DNA of 64,000 nucleotides from Candidatus Danuiimicrobium aquiferis (GTDB lineage Bacteria; Omnitrophota; Omnitrophia; Omnitrophales; Danuiimicrobiaceae): NCBI GenBank assembly GCA_001804285.1, contig MHFR01000037.1, positions 85,952 to 149,951 of the forward strand, read 5' to 3'. Shown piece by piece: positions 63,176 to 64,000 of this stretch (position 1 is its first letter; each line of letters starts with the position of its first letter). The notes under the pieces were generated by a model. It saw only the letters and a program-made list of their open reading frames with translations, ran no database searches and was not told where the DNA came from. The position numbers and the translations under genes were made by a program.

Positions 63176-64000
63176 TTACGCACTCCTCATTTGCGCGAGC
63201 AGCGCGTCATAACTCGATTCAATACCATTCATCAATTCAGACAAGGTTAGCGAAAGCGCCTCACCTTTCTTTTCCTCCATCGCGGCCAGAGAATATTCGA
63301 TGATCTTGTCGCCATAAACCAGTTGAGCCGCCGCAATCGTTAATGCGCCGTTCACAACTTTAAAGTCAGTTTTCCGCAGCAATTCCGGATCAACTTGAAT
63401 ATAGGCGCGGTCTCTCGCATAAACATTTTCAAACGTGGCTCTCACAAGCTGCATGTCATCGGCATAAATCGACGCGCGATTTTCAGTCATCAATAACCGG
63501 CTCCTGAGTTGCGCCGGCAACCGGACTTTCGCATCATTCACCAAATCTTGATAGGAGGCCTGGTCAACCGCAAACACCGCCACGTTTGTCACGGCAAGAG
63601 CCTTGGCAAGAATGTCCATGCTGGATGTCCGTTCATCCCATTGCATCACAAACAGCCGCGAATTGTCATAGGTCTTGCCGATACCCAAAGCAAGTTCGCT
63701 AAATTTCTGTATCAGCACAAAATCAAATTTGTCGGCAAGCTGAGACACATCTTGCCCCGCAGAACGCCGGACAATCTGGCGAAGCGTGTTCCGGTATACC
63801 ATGGCGTCCTTACTTTCCAATGCTTCGCCTAAACGCCCTTGCTCTTCACGATTCAACAAAACGGGGACAGGTTCTGGTTTCGTTAAAGCAGAATCTGCCC
63901 CCGTTTTGGGTGCAACCGGCGCAGGTGTAATCTTTACTTCTCTCTCCGGTCTAACAACCGGTGTCACACGCCCCTCAGCAATCCTGGCCTCAGAACGCGG
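63176..64000 (-). CDS. C-terminal part of a third large ORF, 5'-truncated by the window edge, containing an in-frame family C repeat
   Basis: The track ORF 63176..63967 (263 aa) starts at an internal Met. The same frame stays open to position 64000 (...GQILL*-less reading; the rev-comp of 63968-64000 has no stop). The family C element at 63858-63960 (ggggacaggttctggtttcgttaaagcagaatctgcccccgttttgggtgcaaccggcgc) is translated as VAPKTGADSALTKPEPVPVLLNRE. Confidence 0.5.
   Translation of the reverse strand, partial: PRSEARIAEGRVTPVVRPEREVKITPAPVAPKTGADSALTKPEPVPVLLNREEQGRLGEALESKDAMVYRNTLRQIVRRSAGQDVSQLADKFDFVLIQKFSELALGIGKTYDNSRLFVMQWDERTSSMDILAKALAVTNVAVFAVDQASYQDLVNDAKVRLPAQLRSRLLMTENRASIYADDMQLVRATFENVYARDRAYIQVDPELLRKTDFKVVNGALTIAAAQLVYGDKIIEYSLAAMEEKKGEALSLTLSELMNGIESSYDALLAQMRSA

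Overview
This 64 kb window comes from a repeat-rich bacterial genome, probably an uncultivated lineage. Every credible gene is on the minus strand. Reading from low to high coordinates, the window contains five blocks.

1. 1-7443: a glycan-modification cluster. It has three PMT_2/GT-C-type membrane glycosyltransferases (one with a TPR tail, TMTC-like), a B12-binding radical SAM enzyme and a SAM-dependent methyltransferase.
2. 7514-17553: a type IV pilus / type II secretion locus. It has two tandem pilin genes, a pilS-pilR-like sigma-54 two-component pair, pilC, two tandem PilB/GspE-type ATPases, and a stand-alone GspE N-terminal (MshEN-like, possibly c-di-GMP-binding) protein.
3. 17745-34109: housekeeping genes. 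In order: thpR, cinA, a pgsA-pgpA fusion, rimO, ftsK, dut, pnp, rpsO, ribF, truB, a DHH/NrnA-like gene, rbfA, infB and nusA.
4. 34281-34853: a small membrane protein.
5. 35134-64000: three consecutive very large ORFs of 5523 aa, 3695 aa and at least 263 aa (the last runs off the window). REP-containing spacers of 175-280 bp separate them.

The 5523-aa ORF encodes a signal peptide, a TM block, and a string of catalytic modules. These are Nudix, a PPDK_N ATP-grasp plus PEP-utilising swivel domain, two DUF218 domains, a GT-A-like domain, an HD domain and an IMPase/CysQ-like domain. The 3695-aa ORF shares its N-terminal domain with the first. It also carries three internal lipoprotein or Tat-lipobox-like signal segments that divide it into four modules.

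Several families of palindromic repeat elements fill almost every intergenic gap. They are also inserted in-frame inside coding sequences (rimO twice, the thpR 3' end, and the giant ORFs at least six times). This resembles Rickettsia palindromic elements. A poly-G9 tract lies inside one glycosyltransferase gene. No tRNA, rRNA or CRISPR array was seen.
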